A stretch of 64,000 nt of DNA, from positions 186,001-250,000 of the forward strand of contig OX337228.1 in the NCBI GenBank assembly GCA_946965045.2, in the 5' to 3' direction. Origin of the DNA: Epithemia pelagica (taxonomy: Eukaryota > Protista > Bacillariophyta). The notes beneath the pieces were generated by a model. The model was given only the letters and a program-made list of their open reading frames with translations. It had not been told where the DNA came from and did no database searches. Made by a program: the position numbers and the translations under genes. Positions 39,359-50,820 of the stretch are shown here, one piece after another. Within the stretch, counting starts at the first letter, position 1. Each line of letters begins with the position of its first letter.

Positions 39359-40845
39359 ATGGCGGACGATGCCGGTGGTCAAGTCATGAGTGACCCCGTC
39401 GATGTCATTATTGACAAATTGCTGAGGTACGTCATGTTCCGTCCCATACAAAGACGAAATCGAGGCATTCCGAATGCATGTTGAGTGTTTTGTTGTTACT
39501 CCGATGGGCGCAGTTCGGTTCGGTCCGTATAGGTGAGAGAGTCATTGTGGCACGTTGGGCCGATCCAATTCCATACGACGCGGGGTGCGGACCAGCCAGG
39601 GGATACTCGATTCGCGGAAACCAACCGGTGTGTGGTGTGGGAAGGAAAGGATTTGTGTCTGTGTGGATTGTCGTGGTTGGTACGAGCCGAGAAAGTGTTG
39701 GATTTTGTGGTGGTGATGGTGGTGGTCGTGGTCGAATGCCAGGGCCAATTTCTCTCTGGAACGGTGTTTGTGTGTGTGCGAGTTTGTGATTCTACCAATA
39801 AACTGCGGATCATTGTCCATGCACTACATACTTGATACCATCGTGTGTGCTCTCCTCCTCCTCCTTGTGTTCTTTGCCGTCCAGTGTGTCTGACCATTTG
39901 TGTTCTGTACTCTATTATTTAATTTTTAGTGTGCGCGGTGCCAGACCGGGCAAGCAAGTGGATTTGTCGGAAGCGGAGATTAAAATGTTGTGCTTGCGAA
40001 GTCGTGATTTGTTGATTGGCCAGCCTATGTTGTTGGAATTGGAAGCCCCCATCAAGATTTGCGGCGACGTGCACGGTCAATACTACGATTTGCTCCGGCT
40101 GTTTGAATACGGCGGTTTCCCGCCCGAATCGAATTACATTTTCTTGGGTGACTATGTGGACCGCGGCAAGCAATCGTTGGAAACGATTTGTCTGTTGCTG
40201 GCCTACAAAATCAAGTACCCCGAGAATTTCTTTGTCTTGCGCGGCAATCACGAGTGTGCCTCGATCAATCGTATATACGGCTTTTATGACGAATGCAAGC
40301 GACGTTTTGGTATCAAGTTATGGAAGACCTTTACGGACTGCTTCAATTGTCTGCCCTGCGCGGCCGTGATTGACGAAAAGATTTTTTGCATGCACGGTGG
40401 GTTGAGTCCGGAATTGACCAGTTTGGATCAAGTCAAGCGGATTGTCCGTCCCACCGATGTCCCCGATACCGGTCTCTTGTGTGATTTGCTGTGGAGCGAT
40501 CCAGACAAGGAAATTGATGGGTGGGGGGAAAACGATCGAGGTGTCTCCTTTACCTTTGGCGAAGACATTGTCGCGCAGTTTTTGCACAAGCACGATTTGG
40601 ATTTGATTTGCCGGGCCCATCAAGTGGTGGAAGATGGCTACGAATTCTTTGCCCGACGACAATTGGTGACCTTGTTTTCGGCCCCGAATTATTGTGGGGA
40701 ATTTGACAATGCCGGTGCCATGATGAGTGTCGACGAAACCCTCATGTGTTCCTTTCAGATTCTCAAACCGGCCGAAAAGAGGCAGCGATTCTCCTATCAA
40801 GGTGGAGCCGGACAAGGACGGGCCGGCACGCCCGGTGGCAAGTAA
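39359..40845 (+). CDS. PP1: Protein phosphatase 1 catalytic subunit; exons 39359-39426, 39930-40845 (327 aa)
   Basis: [32 protein letters not shown] and SAPNYCGEF motifs. Exon 1 ([23 protein letters not shown]) is joined by a 503-nt GTACGT..TAG intron in phase 2. Confidence 0.97.
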
Positions 40846-41559
40846 CCATACAGTTTGTAGGATTGGGGCGCACACCATGACACACACACACACGGTTGGA
40901 TGGGTGCGGCTGGTAGAAGGATGAGAACGAGAGGATAGCGTAATATATTGCAGTGAAGAAGAATATCATTATTTTTTACATGGATGGAATTGACACACTC
41001 CACTCTGGAACGGTCTCTCTCGAACGATTTTAGCTACTAGAGAAGCCATGGACGCGACGATTATCATTATCTCCCTCCCTTCCTCCCTACCTACCTATTA
41101 CATACTCCATTCTATCAAGATCCTGGTACCGCGACCTACCAGCGAAGGTTTCGCGGGTTCTTCCAGTCGTGTTCTTCGGAAGTACGCAAGAAGCAGCGAC
41201 ATGACGTGGATGCCCAATGAGGATTCTACGAGTGCACGTTTCGAACACTGCGACAGAATCCCGACACGTCGAATTCGGCAGGATGGCCCGAAGGTCTGCG
41301 GCGCACGAGAGCACGAGACACTATTTTTTTCGATTCCTCGTGGTGCTCTCTACAACAACAGAAAACACAGAAGAGAGAGACGCGCCGCGCCGCCCCCGTT
41401 TGCTGGTTTGACCCAACCAAAACAAGCGCAACAGATTGTTTGTATGTTGTGAGTTTTGGTCCATCTTCTCTCGATTGGCAAGAAGCAAAGAAAGACGGTT
41501 TTTGTCGACAGAAGAACAACAACTGCAGGAGAGACAGCGCACTCTTTCGCATCTTGAGA

Positions 41560-41858
41560 TTGATCGAAAAGATCTTTGGGGAAGATTGAAAGAAACCAGT
41601 TTCGATTCTTTCGTGCTCCAGAGGTTTTGGGAAAGAACGCAAACAAGAATTGGCTCCTATACTATTCAAATCTCTCTCTGTTGGCCAAAAGGCTCTGTTG
41701 AATTATTTCAAGTGTGCACTCGTTCGCATCTGGATTGTTGGTTTTGAAAAGATCATCTTTGGGGGAAGATTGAAAGAATACACAACAACAACGCTCCAGT
41801 TTCTTCGTTTTGTGCTCCAGAGGTTTTGGGAAAGAACAAACAAGAACAAGTGGCTCTT
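41560..41858. repeat. Degenerate ~100-bp direct repeat pair upstream of the HSF gene
   Basis: tctttgggg.aagattgaaagaa and gtgctccagaggttttgggaaagaac each occur twice (41560-41660; 41732-41858). Confidence 0.7.
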
Positions 41859-42324
41859 GTTTGGTGTGTCATTCACCTCCGAATCGAGAAGAAGAAACAG
41901 TACCAAACATCTTTCCTCTGGATTGGCTCGGAATCATTCCAGTGTGTGTGCTTGCTTTTTCTAGTCACAACCGAACCAAACACACACACACGAACAACAC
42001 TCGGTGCTGTCGAGGCAGAACCAACGCGCCAGAAAAAGGTTGTGCGGGTAACAGTGACATCCTCCTTGGCAATTCATTGATAGAGAGAGACTTGTGTTTC
42101 AGCGCATTGGTGGTGAATCACCACAGAAGGAATCCATCCAGGAGGAAGGCTTGTTTGGAGAGAAACATTTTTTTGTATCACCATCAAGTCCGATTGACTC
42201 TCTCCTAGGTAGTATTGTTGGTCTGCGCAAAGTCATTGATTGATTGATTGATTGATTTTTTAGAACAGAGTTGGGCAGTGCCAAACCACCACAACCACAA
42301 CCAACGTGTCCAAGAGGCCGGACC

Positions 42325-45027
42325 ATGGATCACAACAGCACCCTTGGCACTTCGTCTTCTTCCAATCCTAACACGGCCACCATGAATCATCATAAGGGGG
42401 ACGTTGACGATGTGGAAATGCCCGACTTGGCGCATACCGTCACACCCATATCCTCGACGGCACCGGCTCCCACACCCGCCCTGGTTCCTCCGCCCCTTGC
42501 CGCCGACTCCACAACAACCACAACGACGACCGATCTGACGGCAACCGCAGCGGCGGCCGCCAGTTTTTTGGCTCCCACCACCACCATGGCTGCCACGGCG
42601 CACCAAGTGACCTCCTCGTCCTCGTCGGCCCCTCCTGCCAACACTAACAACAATAATAATATGGTCCTGGCCATGCCGGCTGCCGATTCCATGGACTTTT
42701 CGGCTCTCAAGGAATCCATGGATGCCGCCTTGGCCGCCATTGGAACGACCCCAACGACAGCAACAGCAGCCACGCCAACAAACACTGCACCGCCCCCCAC
42801 GACTGCTCCAACGACCACTACAACAACACGCGCCGAAGACGAAAAGCAAGCGCAACTCCGTGCCATGTATTTGGCCGGCTTCAAGGCCGCTCAAGAACGG
42901 GCCGCTCAACAATTGCAACAGCAATTGCAACAACAACAACAACAATTGGCGGGTGGTACAGCCGTCGTGACCAATCCCCTGCAACAGTCGTTGCAACAAA
43001 ATTTTGAATCGGCTCAAAAACAACAACAAACATTGTCGCAACGATCCGTCTCGTCCTCCTCCTTGGCAGCCCAAACCGGAACCACCAGCAATGGTGCCAC
43101 CCTTTCCTCGCCCTTGATTTTGCCCACCTTGGCCAGTTCAGCACCGGCTTCCACCACTACCAATATGTCTGCGGCACCCGCTCCCGCCAGTTTGCTGCAT
43201 CGTCATCATTCAGCGGCTGGAAGCAATGTGTCGTTGGTCCCCTTGGGGGGAGGAGCTGGTGTGGCAGCTAGAGTCATCAAGGTGGTGCCTCCCTTGGCCC
43301 TGTCCGCAGCCACAACGACGACAGCAACAAGTACTGGTTCCACGCCAGCCCCAGCATCTTCGCCCTTGCTGGTACCCGCAACATCGTCCGCGTCACCGTT
43401 GAGTACGCATACCATGACGACTCGTCGCATTACGCGCACCAGTTCGTCCGGGACGACGAGTAGTCCCTACAATTCTCCCGCATTGACCAGTGTCAATGCG
43501 GCAACCACAACAACGACGGGGTCTCCCGTCACGACACCCAATTCTTCGTCTGGCGGAAGCACTTCCAGTGGTGGATCCAATCCCTTTCCCCGCAAATTAA
43601 TGGACATGTTGCAAAAAGAAGACACGTCCATTGTCGCTTGGTTACCCGCTGGCGATGCCTTTTTTGTCCGCGATGTGGATCGCTTTGTCGCTGACATATT
43701 GCCCCGGTATTTTCGACATACCAAATTGACCTCCTTTCAACGACAATTAAACTTGTATGGCTTTCGACGCATTACCAAAGGGCCCGATTCCGGTGCCTAT
43801 CGACACGAATTGTTTCATCGCGATCATCCCGATTGTTGTTTGCAAATGAAACGGACCAAACAAAAAAATGCCGGCGCCTCGCCCATTCTCAAAGCCAGTC
43901 CCCGGTCCACACCACTGTTGGGAGGAGCGGCCACGACGCCGGGCAGTGTCGCCAGTGTTCCATTGGAATCCCCCACGGCCTATACCCTGGAACAAAGTGC
44001 CTTGCCAGCAGCGGCGCTGGCCACTGGCAACACTGCCACCCAATCCTTGAGTAGCAGTATGGCAACACGGTATGTCTATCATTGAAGGAATGGAGAATGA
44101 GCTTTTGTTGGCTAGATTATTTTTCTCACCGATTGCCTCTTGTATTTTCTTTGTTTCCTCTATGAATGATTTGATGGACTGGTATTATCAATAAGATCTG
44201 CCACACTGATACCTCCTCCTGAGCGACATGCCAATCTCCGCAACAATACTACTGGTGCAGGAGATGCCATGATGTTGGATGCCACACAAGCCACGGTGGC
44301 CCTGAATGGTGGCGTCTTTGCTGCTTCCACTCCAACTGCACCTACGGGATTGTCCATGCTGCAACAACAAGCCCAAGCAACTCCCTCGCAACAACAGCCT
44401 CCTGCTTCGTTTGCGTCCTTGTCGGGAATGACAACGACCAACAACACTACCAACGCCAAACCATCGGCTGCCTATCAAGAAGAACGAGAACGACAAGCAC
44501 GGGCCTTGGCCGCGGCAGGAATGATTGCCGAAACGGTAGGCACACCCCAAGGTGCCGTGACTGCGGCTGCAACCTTTGCCGCGGCAGCCTTGCAACCACC
44601 CCCCGCCTTGTTGGGACCGCCCGCCACCCTAGCGGGTAGCACGACGACGACAGCAACAACAGCTGTTCCTACGAGCACGACGACGACGACACCTCAAGTA
44701 CCGGCAACTGCTGGCACATCCACACCAATGGAAGGCTTCTTTTTGGATGCCAGTGTGACGGGAACTCCTGTGGACGGTAGCAGTACAACGACTGCGGCGT
44801 TGGCAGCCGCCGCAGCAGCTGCGGCTGTTGTGGATACCACCAGTGTCGATGATTTGGACATTGATTTTGCCACCCTCTTTGATCCAGCCTTTGAAGAATC
44901 GCACGTGACGACGACGGAAGCCAAATCCTTGGCCAGTCCACCTCCCCTCAACAACAGCAGCAACAACAACAACAACAACAGCACGGTGCCCTCCTCCGAA
45001 CCACCAATACAGGGAACCGCCGTGTAA
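42325..45027 (+). CDS. HSF: Heat-shock-factor (HSF) DNA-binding-domain transcription factor; exons 42325-44069, 44196-45027
   Basis: [10 protein letters not shown]...[13 protein letters not shown]...[21 protein letters not shown] is the HSF DBD. The GTATGT donor at 44070 and the AG at 44194-95 join the 44269 ORF in frame. Acidic-aromatic tail [15 protein letters not shown]. Confidence 0.92.
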
Positions 45028-45487
45028 GAAGAGGGGGTATCGTATCATGTGGGTGTTGTGGGTATGAGGGAAGTGTGTGTTTCTGTAAGGGGATTGTGTG
45101 TGGGTATTTGTGTCACTGTGCGGCTGCTGCTGTGGTCCTATATACTATACGACGACGAGGGGTAATGATTTGCATAGAACTGAAGAAGAAGAAGAATCCT
45201 ACAGGGAACTGTGTGTGTACATAATTTCAAAACTGTTACTTTCACTTCAACAAAAACTGGAGTGTGTGTAGGGTTCCATCCATAGGCCCTTTCTCTCAGT
45301 TCGATCCTTTCTAGTAGTGTTTCCTCCAGCGTGAGAACGACCAACTATACTTATACCCGTACATCGTCCTATTCTAGAATCATCATGGATGCGCGGTTTG
45401 GAACAGAACCACGGCATCGATGGTTTTGGCGTCGCTTTGTTCCTCTAGAGAGAGTAGGAGTAGATAGAGGATCTACTCTATATAGGT

Positions 45488-45680
45488 AGTAAGACTACTT
45501 CACGGTGTTTCAGTCCTTTAGAGGAGGGTCGCCCGGCGCGGAGGGTAGAATGACGAGGAGGGCATATGTTCGAGGAGGGCGCATGCCCGACAAGACATAT
45601 GCCCGTCAAGTCATTCTCCCGACAAGCCGGGCGCCCGACGAGGAAGGAATGAGAAAACACAGGGGAGTAATCTGCTTACT
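45488..45680. other. ~190-bp foldback with four periodic non-complementary internal loops
   Basis: Left arm GAGGA-GGG-Y-N8 with period 17 (45521, 38, 55, 72); right arm CCC-GACAA with period 16 (45586, 602, 618, 634). The N8 spacers are reverse complements across the axis. Confidence 0.85.
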
Positions 45681-46087
45681 TTATATCTAGATGTGTAGGT
45701 AGTGACTACCGCCCGGTTTTATTAGGAGTTGGGATGTCGCAACGACATAATTTTCCTTACACGGTTCACCCATGATGTCGCGCGATTCGCACGATTACTA
45801 CTTCCCGGCTCTACAATAAATTCCAACTGTAGTATAAAAAAGTGAGACGAACTACCTGCATAGCTAGGTATAGAGTTAGCAAATAGGATAGCTAGCAAAA
45901 AGTTTGTCTTTCGGATTTTGGATCCACAAAAAAGTGGAAAATACGCACCGGTTTTGGATTTTGGCAGTTTGTCAGATGCCAATGTCGACCATGGGAACCA
46001 CTGATACAATGACTCCTCTGCTGGATCTCTAGTAGAATGAAGGATTGACTGTCCGTGGGTGTATCTGTGTGTGACCAACATCCGAGA

Positions 46088-47548
46088 ATGATGACCGCAC
46101 CAACCAGCAGCACAACCACAAACGTGTCACACTCCCCCCAACCAAAAGGACCACCACGACGAAACAACAACAACAAAAGGAATCTCCGCAGGAATCCTCC
46201 CTTCTGGCACGACGGTCTTCTTGTTGTGATTGGCATGGCATGCCTGTGCTGCTGGTGCAATCCTCTGCTCCACGGATCCCATGCGTTCTTGTTCTCGTCG
46301 TCGTCGTCGTTTTCTTCTTTTTCTTCTTCTCATGGTTCGTTGGCATGTCGTCGTCGTCTCAACCATGGGATCGTCCACGGAGAAGCAGGCTCCCAAACAA
46401 CAACAACAAGACAACGAAGAAGAAGAATACGAAACGAGGACTGTTCTCCCTTGTGGTTTCATACGGCAACGACAGTTCCAATTCCTACGACAACGTGTGA
46501 CCTCTTTCGTGACGACCAGCATGACGACAAGTCCAACAAGAAGCATCCATTCATCTCTTCCTCCAATTATAATGATGAGGGAGCAGCAAACCGTCCCGCC
46601 CAGGATCAACGCCTCGTGTTGCTGGAACAACCCGTTGTATCCTTGTCATCGGAAGAAATAACCTCCATGGCGACCTTTGTGGTGCAAGAATTGGGATGGT
46701 TGTGGCTCCGCAAGCGACAACAACAACAACAATTGCAACCACTCAATGATACCGGTTGGAGGGATCTACGGCCATGGTCCAATCAGACCCTCTTGAATCC
46801 AGAACAGGAGGAGACTGTGCGGCAACCACCACCAAGAAGAATGACAAGAAGGAATGGAACAACTCCTTCTCCCATGGCATCCACCCATGACCGAGACACT
46901 CCTACGACGATTCCTGCATGGGATTCGTCGGAGTGGATGACGGCACCTCCTCCCAGTGCTGCCATGCTGCAGGCCCCCGAAGTGACCGAGGCTCACTGGA
47001 CGGCCGACTGGTTGCACTGTACCATTTTCTTGGCACCCGCCACCAAAAAGGGAGCCCGGTTGGGCAAACAATGGACGTCGAAGAAAAAACAAAGTATTCC
47101 CATGGTCTATGTGCCAACGCAAGAAGAACGGCGCTTTCATCGAGCCATGCGACGTCACATCTTTCCGACCCCACCAAAGAACAACCACAACGACAACCCG
47201 CAATCGATTTCTCCTCCTCCTCCTCCTCCCACACCCTTGTTCGCTCCCCATCAACCCTTGCACGTGAGTCTCACCTTTCGGTATCGTCGTCCCAATGGCC
47301 ATTATGTGCAGTCCAATCGGAGTTTGCCCCTGAAACCACAGTATTACCAGTCGTCGGGAAAACAGGATCCCAGTATGGGAGGCGATGTCGACAATTTGGC
47401 CAAAATGGTCTTGGATGCCATGAAACAATTGGCCTATGTCGATGATCGACAAGTCGTATCCCTCACCTCCACCAAAACATGGGCCGACCAGGCTGAGAGT
47501 GTGGGAAGTACCACCGTCGTCATTTGGGCCTTGTCCTCGTTGTCGTAA
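46088..47548 (+). CDS. RusA-like Holliday-junction resolvase domain protein with possible bipartite (plastid) leader
   Basis: C-terminal GDVDNLAKMVLDAMKQLAYVDDRQVVSLTSTK matches the RusA DxDNxxK...D...DD motif. The N-terminus has a hydrophobic stretch ending SHA-F followed by a Ser-rich tract. Confidence 0.75.
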   Translation: MMTAPTSSTTTNVSHSPQPKGPPRRNNNNKRNLRRNPPFWHDGLLVVIGMACLCCWCNPLLHGSHAFLFSSSSSFSSFSSSHGSLACRRRLNHGIVHGEAGSQTTTTRQRRRRIRNEDCSPLWFHTATTVPIPTTTCDLFRDDQHDDKSNKKHPFISSSNYNDEGAANRPAQDQRLVLLEQPVVSLSSEEITSMATFVVQELGWLWLRKRQQQQQLQPLNDTGWRDLRPWSNQTLLNPEQEETVRQPPPRRMTRRNGTTPSPMASTHDRDTPTTIPAWDSSEWMTAPPPSAAMLQAPEVTEAHWTADWLHCTIFLAPATKKGARLGKQWTSKKKQSIPMVYVPTQEERRFHRAMRRHIFPTPPKNNHNDNPQSISPPPPPPTPLFAPHQPLHVSLTFRYRRPNGHYVQSNRSLPLKPQYYQSSGKQDPSMGGDVDNLAKMVLDAMKQLAYVDDRQVVSLTSTKTWADQAESVGSTTVVIWALSSLS

Positions 47549-48109
47549 CCGTGGATCGAGAATCGAGAGAGAAGCATTACAATCGAGCAATACCGTTCAG
47601 GTCGACGAACTCCATACATGACATTTCTACAAACGCAACAAGTCTCACGGATTTACTCAACGACATGCGTTTGTGGTATTCCAAAACCTCACATTCTCAC
47701 AAACGACAAGGAACGAAACGGTAAAGGACCGACCGTAGACAACTCGTTGGCGTTGCATCCAGCAACACAGCGTTGCCGTTGAATCATTATGGACCGGAAT
47801 GCAAACCCATGCTGGAGAATTGGAATCCAGTGAAACGACGACGACGACGATAACGGGATGGGTGGGACAAAGTACCACAAAATCACCGTATCCTCTCAAC
47901 ATGAACAATTTCGGTACAATACCTTTCTAACTCCCTATACAGCATGTCCAACAGCGAGTTTTCCCTCCCAAGCCTATTCGCTTCTGCGTCTCAAGTGGAC
48001 AATCTAGCTAGCGAACGTTATTACAATAGGTCCTATGATGTTGTTGTGGTTTCCACAGAGTTGGGTTTTGGTGGTTTGACGGTTGTTGTTGCTGTTTTGT
48101 CTAGAGTTA

Positions 48110-50350
48110 TCATCGCTTTTTGCTTCGTTTGGCCGTCTTTTTCTTGTTCTTCTTCTTTTTGATACTCAACACTTGTTTGCTGTTTTTCGATGGTGGCGTC
48201 TTGTCGCTCGACTCGGTGTTGTCCTGGTAAAATTGAATGGGTCGTTCGCCTCGATTCGCCTGGTCCATGGCTTCATCTTGTTCCTTGTACAACAACAACT
48301 CGTCGGTTGGTTTGTCGTTGTTGTTGTGGACCGCAGCGCTACTCGTAGTACTTGGAACAGGTTGGGTGGATTGTGGTTCACTCGTAGGTGGTGTGGTAAT
48401 GGAAGGATCCTTCGTTGTGTCACTGGGTGGTCGCTGATGGGGTGGCAACAAGTGGACAAATTGGGGTGCTTGTTCTTGTTGTTGCCACAAGGGTGCCGAA
48501 ACACCATGGATAAAGGGCAATTTCGCAAAGGGCAATTGCTCCATGGACAATTGTTGTGCTTCATTGTGACTAGTACTGTCGCCTTGTGATGACAGCAAGG
48601 GATTGGCATTCGTGGCAGCGGGTGTTTCAGTCGTTGTCGTCATTGTGAGGGGACTGGTGGGTTCCAACAAGGGTGTCGATGTGGTTGTGGTGGCTGGTAT
48701 TGGTCCCGTGGGAATGTCGTGGGGGTCCAGACTCCCCTGTATGGTCGATGGTCGATACTCACCGGCAAAGGATCCTTGATAGGACGGATACAAGACACCC
48801 ACTCCCAAGAGAGGCTCGTTCTTCTCGCGCCGTACACGAATGGCTTCTTGTTCCAATTGTTTGAGTCGAATAAATCGCAAGGCAAATTTGGGAGGAGCCG
48901 CAGTGGCTGCATCGGCAGTATTGGTAGCAGTTGTTGTGGTTCCAGTCGATTCATCCGTGGTCGTGGTAGGCGGCAATGACGATGACAAGAGGGGTGGCAA
49001 GCCGACCATACTGCGGACCGATGCCGTTTTTAACAATTGACTTTGAATCAGGGTAATGGTAAAGGTGGTCGTCAAATAAATTTGCATGCCGGCCGCCATT
49101 TGACTGGTACAACAGGGCAAAAAGACGGCGACACATTGAAAAATGTCCTTGATTAATAAAATGGAATTGGCCTTGTGTGCCGAAGGATGTTCCAAGACAT
49201 GATTGCGTCGCGATCCCATGGCCACTTCCATGTGCACATACAACAAGGCACCACAGAGAATGGGCAAGCCAAACCAGGGATCCGGTTCCGTCAAATCGGG
49301 AATCCACGACAAGAGGACGGGTGCATGTTTGGAATGATCGACCAATTCTTGCGCCAAGGCGGGATCCAATCCATTGACGAGTTTGCGCAAATCGACCGAC
49401 AAATACCAAAAGATGGGAATTTGCAACAGGGGCGACAAGAAAATACTGAGTGGATCCACCTTGTAATGCTTGTACAATTGAGACAAGGACAAGCCATTGA
49501 TGCGCAAGACTTGCCATCGTTCGTATACGGAAGCCTTGCGACGCGCCAAGTCTCGCAAATCATTGGCACAAAGTGTCAAGAGAAATTGAATTTCCGGCAA
49601 GACCTTGCCAAACTTGTGACTGGCATGAGCGCCATAAATCACGACCGGAAACAAGGCAAGACGCACCAACACATTGACCAAGGCAAAACAGGCCCAATAG
49701 GGAATCAAGCCATCGGCATGCAACAAGGAAATCAAGGTTCCGGAATGACCCCATACCGTCACTTCACTCAGTGGCCATATCCACGACGACGATGACATGG
49801 ATCGATGTGGAGTCGAGTGCCAGGGAGAAGGATACTGCAAGGGTCGGTTCCAACGACCTGGATGGCCATGTGTAGTCGTAGTAGTAGCATTCGTCAATGA
49901 GGAAGGAGACAGTGGCCCTCGAACCATTGGATTCTGAATGTTGTGTTTCTGGTAGGCTTGTGTAGAAAAATGGTGTGAAAAGTTCCTTGCAGAGAAAGGA
50001 TTTTGTGTGTGCATGATTGTACCATGTTGTCGTTCTCGTCGAATCATTGGATTGCAACCATTCCATGTTGTTGTTGTTGTTGTTGTTGGGGAATGGAATT
50101 GTGGCAGTCGATTCGTAGTATTATTTGTGGAACAACGCCGATTGGTCGAGGAGGACGACGGATCCAAGAGACGTGACCCCTCGCTAGCTGCAAGTAGTCG
50201 TCGTCCTTCTGACAACGGAGAATGAATGGCACAAGGAGGAGGAGAACCAACCTCCTCGAGGAGCCAGACAAGTGGTTGGGTTTGATGGTGTCGTCGCTTG
50301 TGGACCATTGCCCTTCGTGACGACGGCTGTCGCAGCAAGAATCGCTGCAT
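48110..50350 (-). CDS. OXA1: YidC/Oxa1/COX18-family membrane insertase, probably mitochondrial
   Basis: GLIPYWACFALVNVLVRLALFP, SPLLQIPIFWYLSVDLR and WIPDLTEPDPWFGLPIL are Oxa1/YidC hallmarks; Arg-rich N-terminus and Lys-rich C-terminal tail. Confidence 0.85.
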   Translation of the reverse strand: MQRFLLRQPSSRRAMVHKRRHHQTQPLVWLLEEVGSPPPCAIHSPLSEGRRLLAASEGSRLLDPSSSSTNRRCSTNNTTNRLPQFHSPTTTTTTTWNGCNPMIRRERQHGTIMHTQNPFSARNFSHHFSTQAYQKHNIQNPMVRGPLSPSSLTNATTTTTHGHPGRWNRPLQYPSPWHSTPHRSMSSSSWIWPLSEVTVWGHSGTLISLLHADGLIPYWACFALVNVLVRLALFPVVIYGAHASHKFGKVLPEIQFLLTLCANDLRDLARRKASVYERWQVLRINGLSLSQLYKHYKVDPLSIFLSPLLQIPIFWYLSVDLRKLVNGLDPALAQELVDHSKHAPVLLSWIPDLTEPDPWFGLPILCGALLYVHMEVAMGSRRNHVLEHPSAHKANSILLIKDIFQCVAVFLPCCTSQMAAGMQIYLTTTFTITLIQSQLLKTASVRSMVGLPPLLSSSLPPTTTTDESTGTTTTATNTADAATAAPPKFALRFIRLKQLEQEAIRVRREKNEPLLGVGVLYPSYQGSFAGEYRPSTIQGSLDPHDIPTGPIPATTTTSTPLLEPTSPLTMTTTTETPAATNANPLLSSQGDSTSHNEAQQLSMEQLPFAKLPFIHGVSAPLWQQQEQAPQFVHLLPPHQRPPSDTTKDPSITTPPTSEPQSTQPVPSTTSSAAVHNNNDKPTDELLLYKEQDEAMDQANRGERPIQFYQDNTESSDKTPPSKNSKQVLSIKKKKNKKKTAKRSKKR

Positions 50351-50820
50351 AATAGTAATAGATTGTACACTCTCGCCTGGTCTTTCTTCCAGAATGATAC
50401 TTGAACAACAATCACGGAATCTTTCTTCTTGTTTGTATGCGATAGTATATTATATAGAACAGAGCCTCCGATGATGAGAGGACGACAGAATGATTCATCG
50501 GCTCTCGCATTCGACGATCTTTGCGGATGATTGGTCGCAGATAAACATCGTGCCTTTGCCTGTGGTAAAGGCGGCGCTAAGCTAACCTTACCCGGTACTC
50601 CTAGCTATACTCCTAGTACCCTAGTAGGACCATCAAGTGCACCATGTTTATATGGTTTGATCAACTTCCTCACTTCTCCTGTCTACTAGGAAAGCGGCTG
50701 TTGACAGGTCATTTTGTGCACTTTCCAGTGCACGGTCTGGTGGTCACGACAACAATACACTGCTGTATGGCAGCGACTGCATTTCTTGGATGCCCTGTTC
50801 CCACAGAGACCACAACACGA

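Noticed and set aside
32257-39587. Other GGGGTG hexamers (32257, 39582, also ~48438, ~56122)
   Set aside because: No nearby CACCCC partner or complementary stem; consistent with chance occurrence, so excluded from the junction array.
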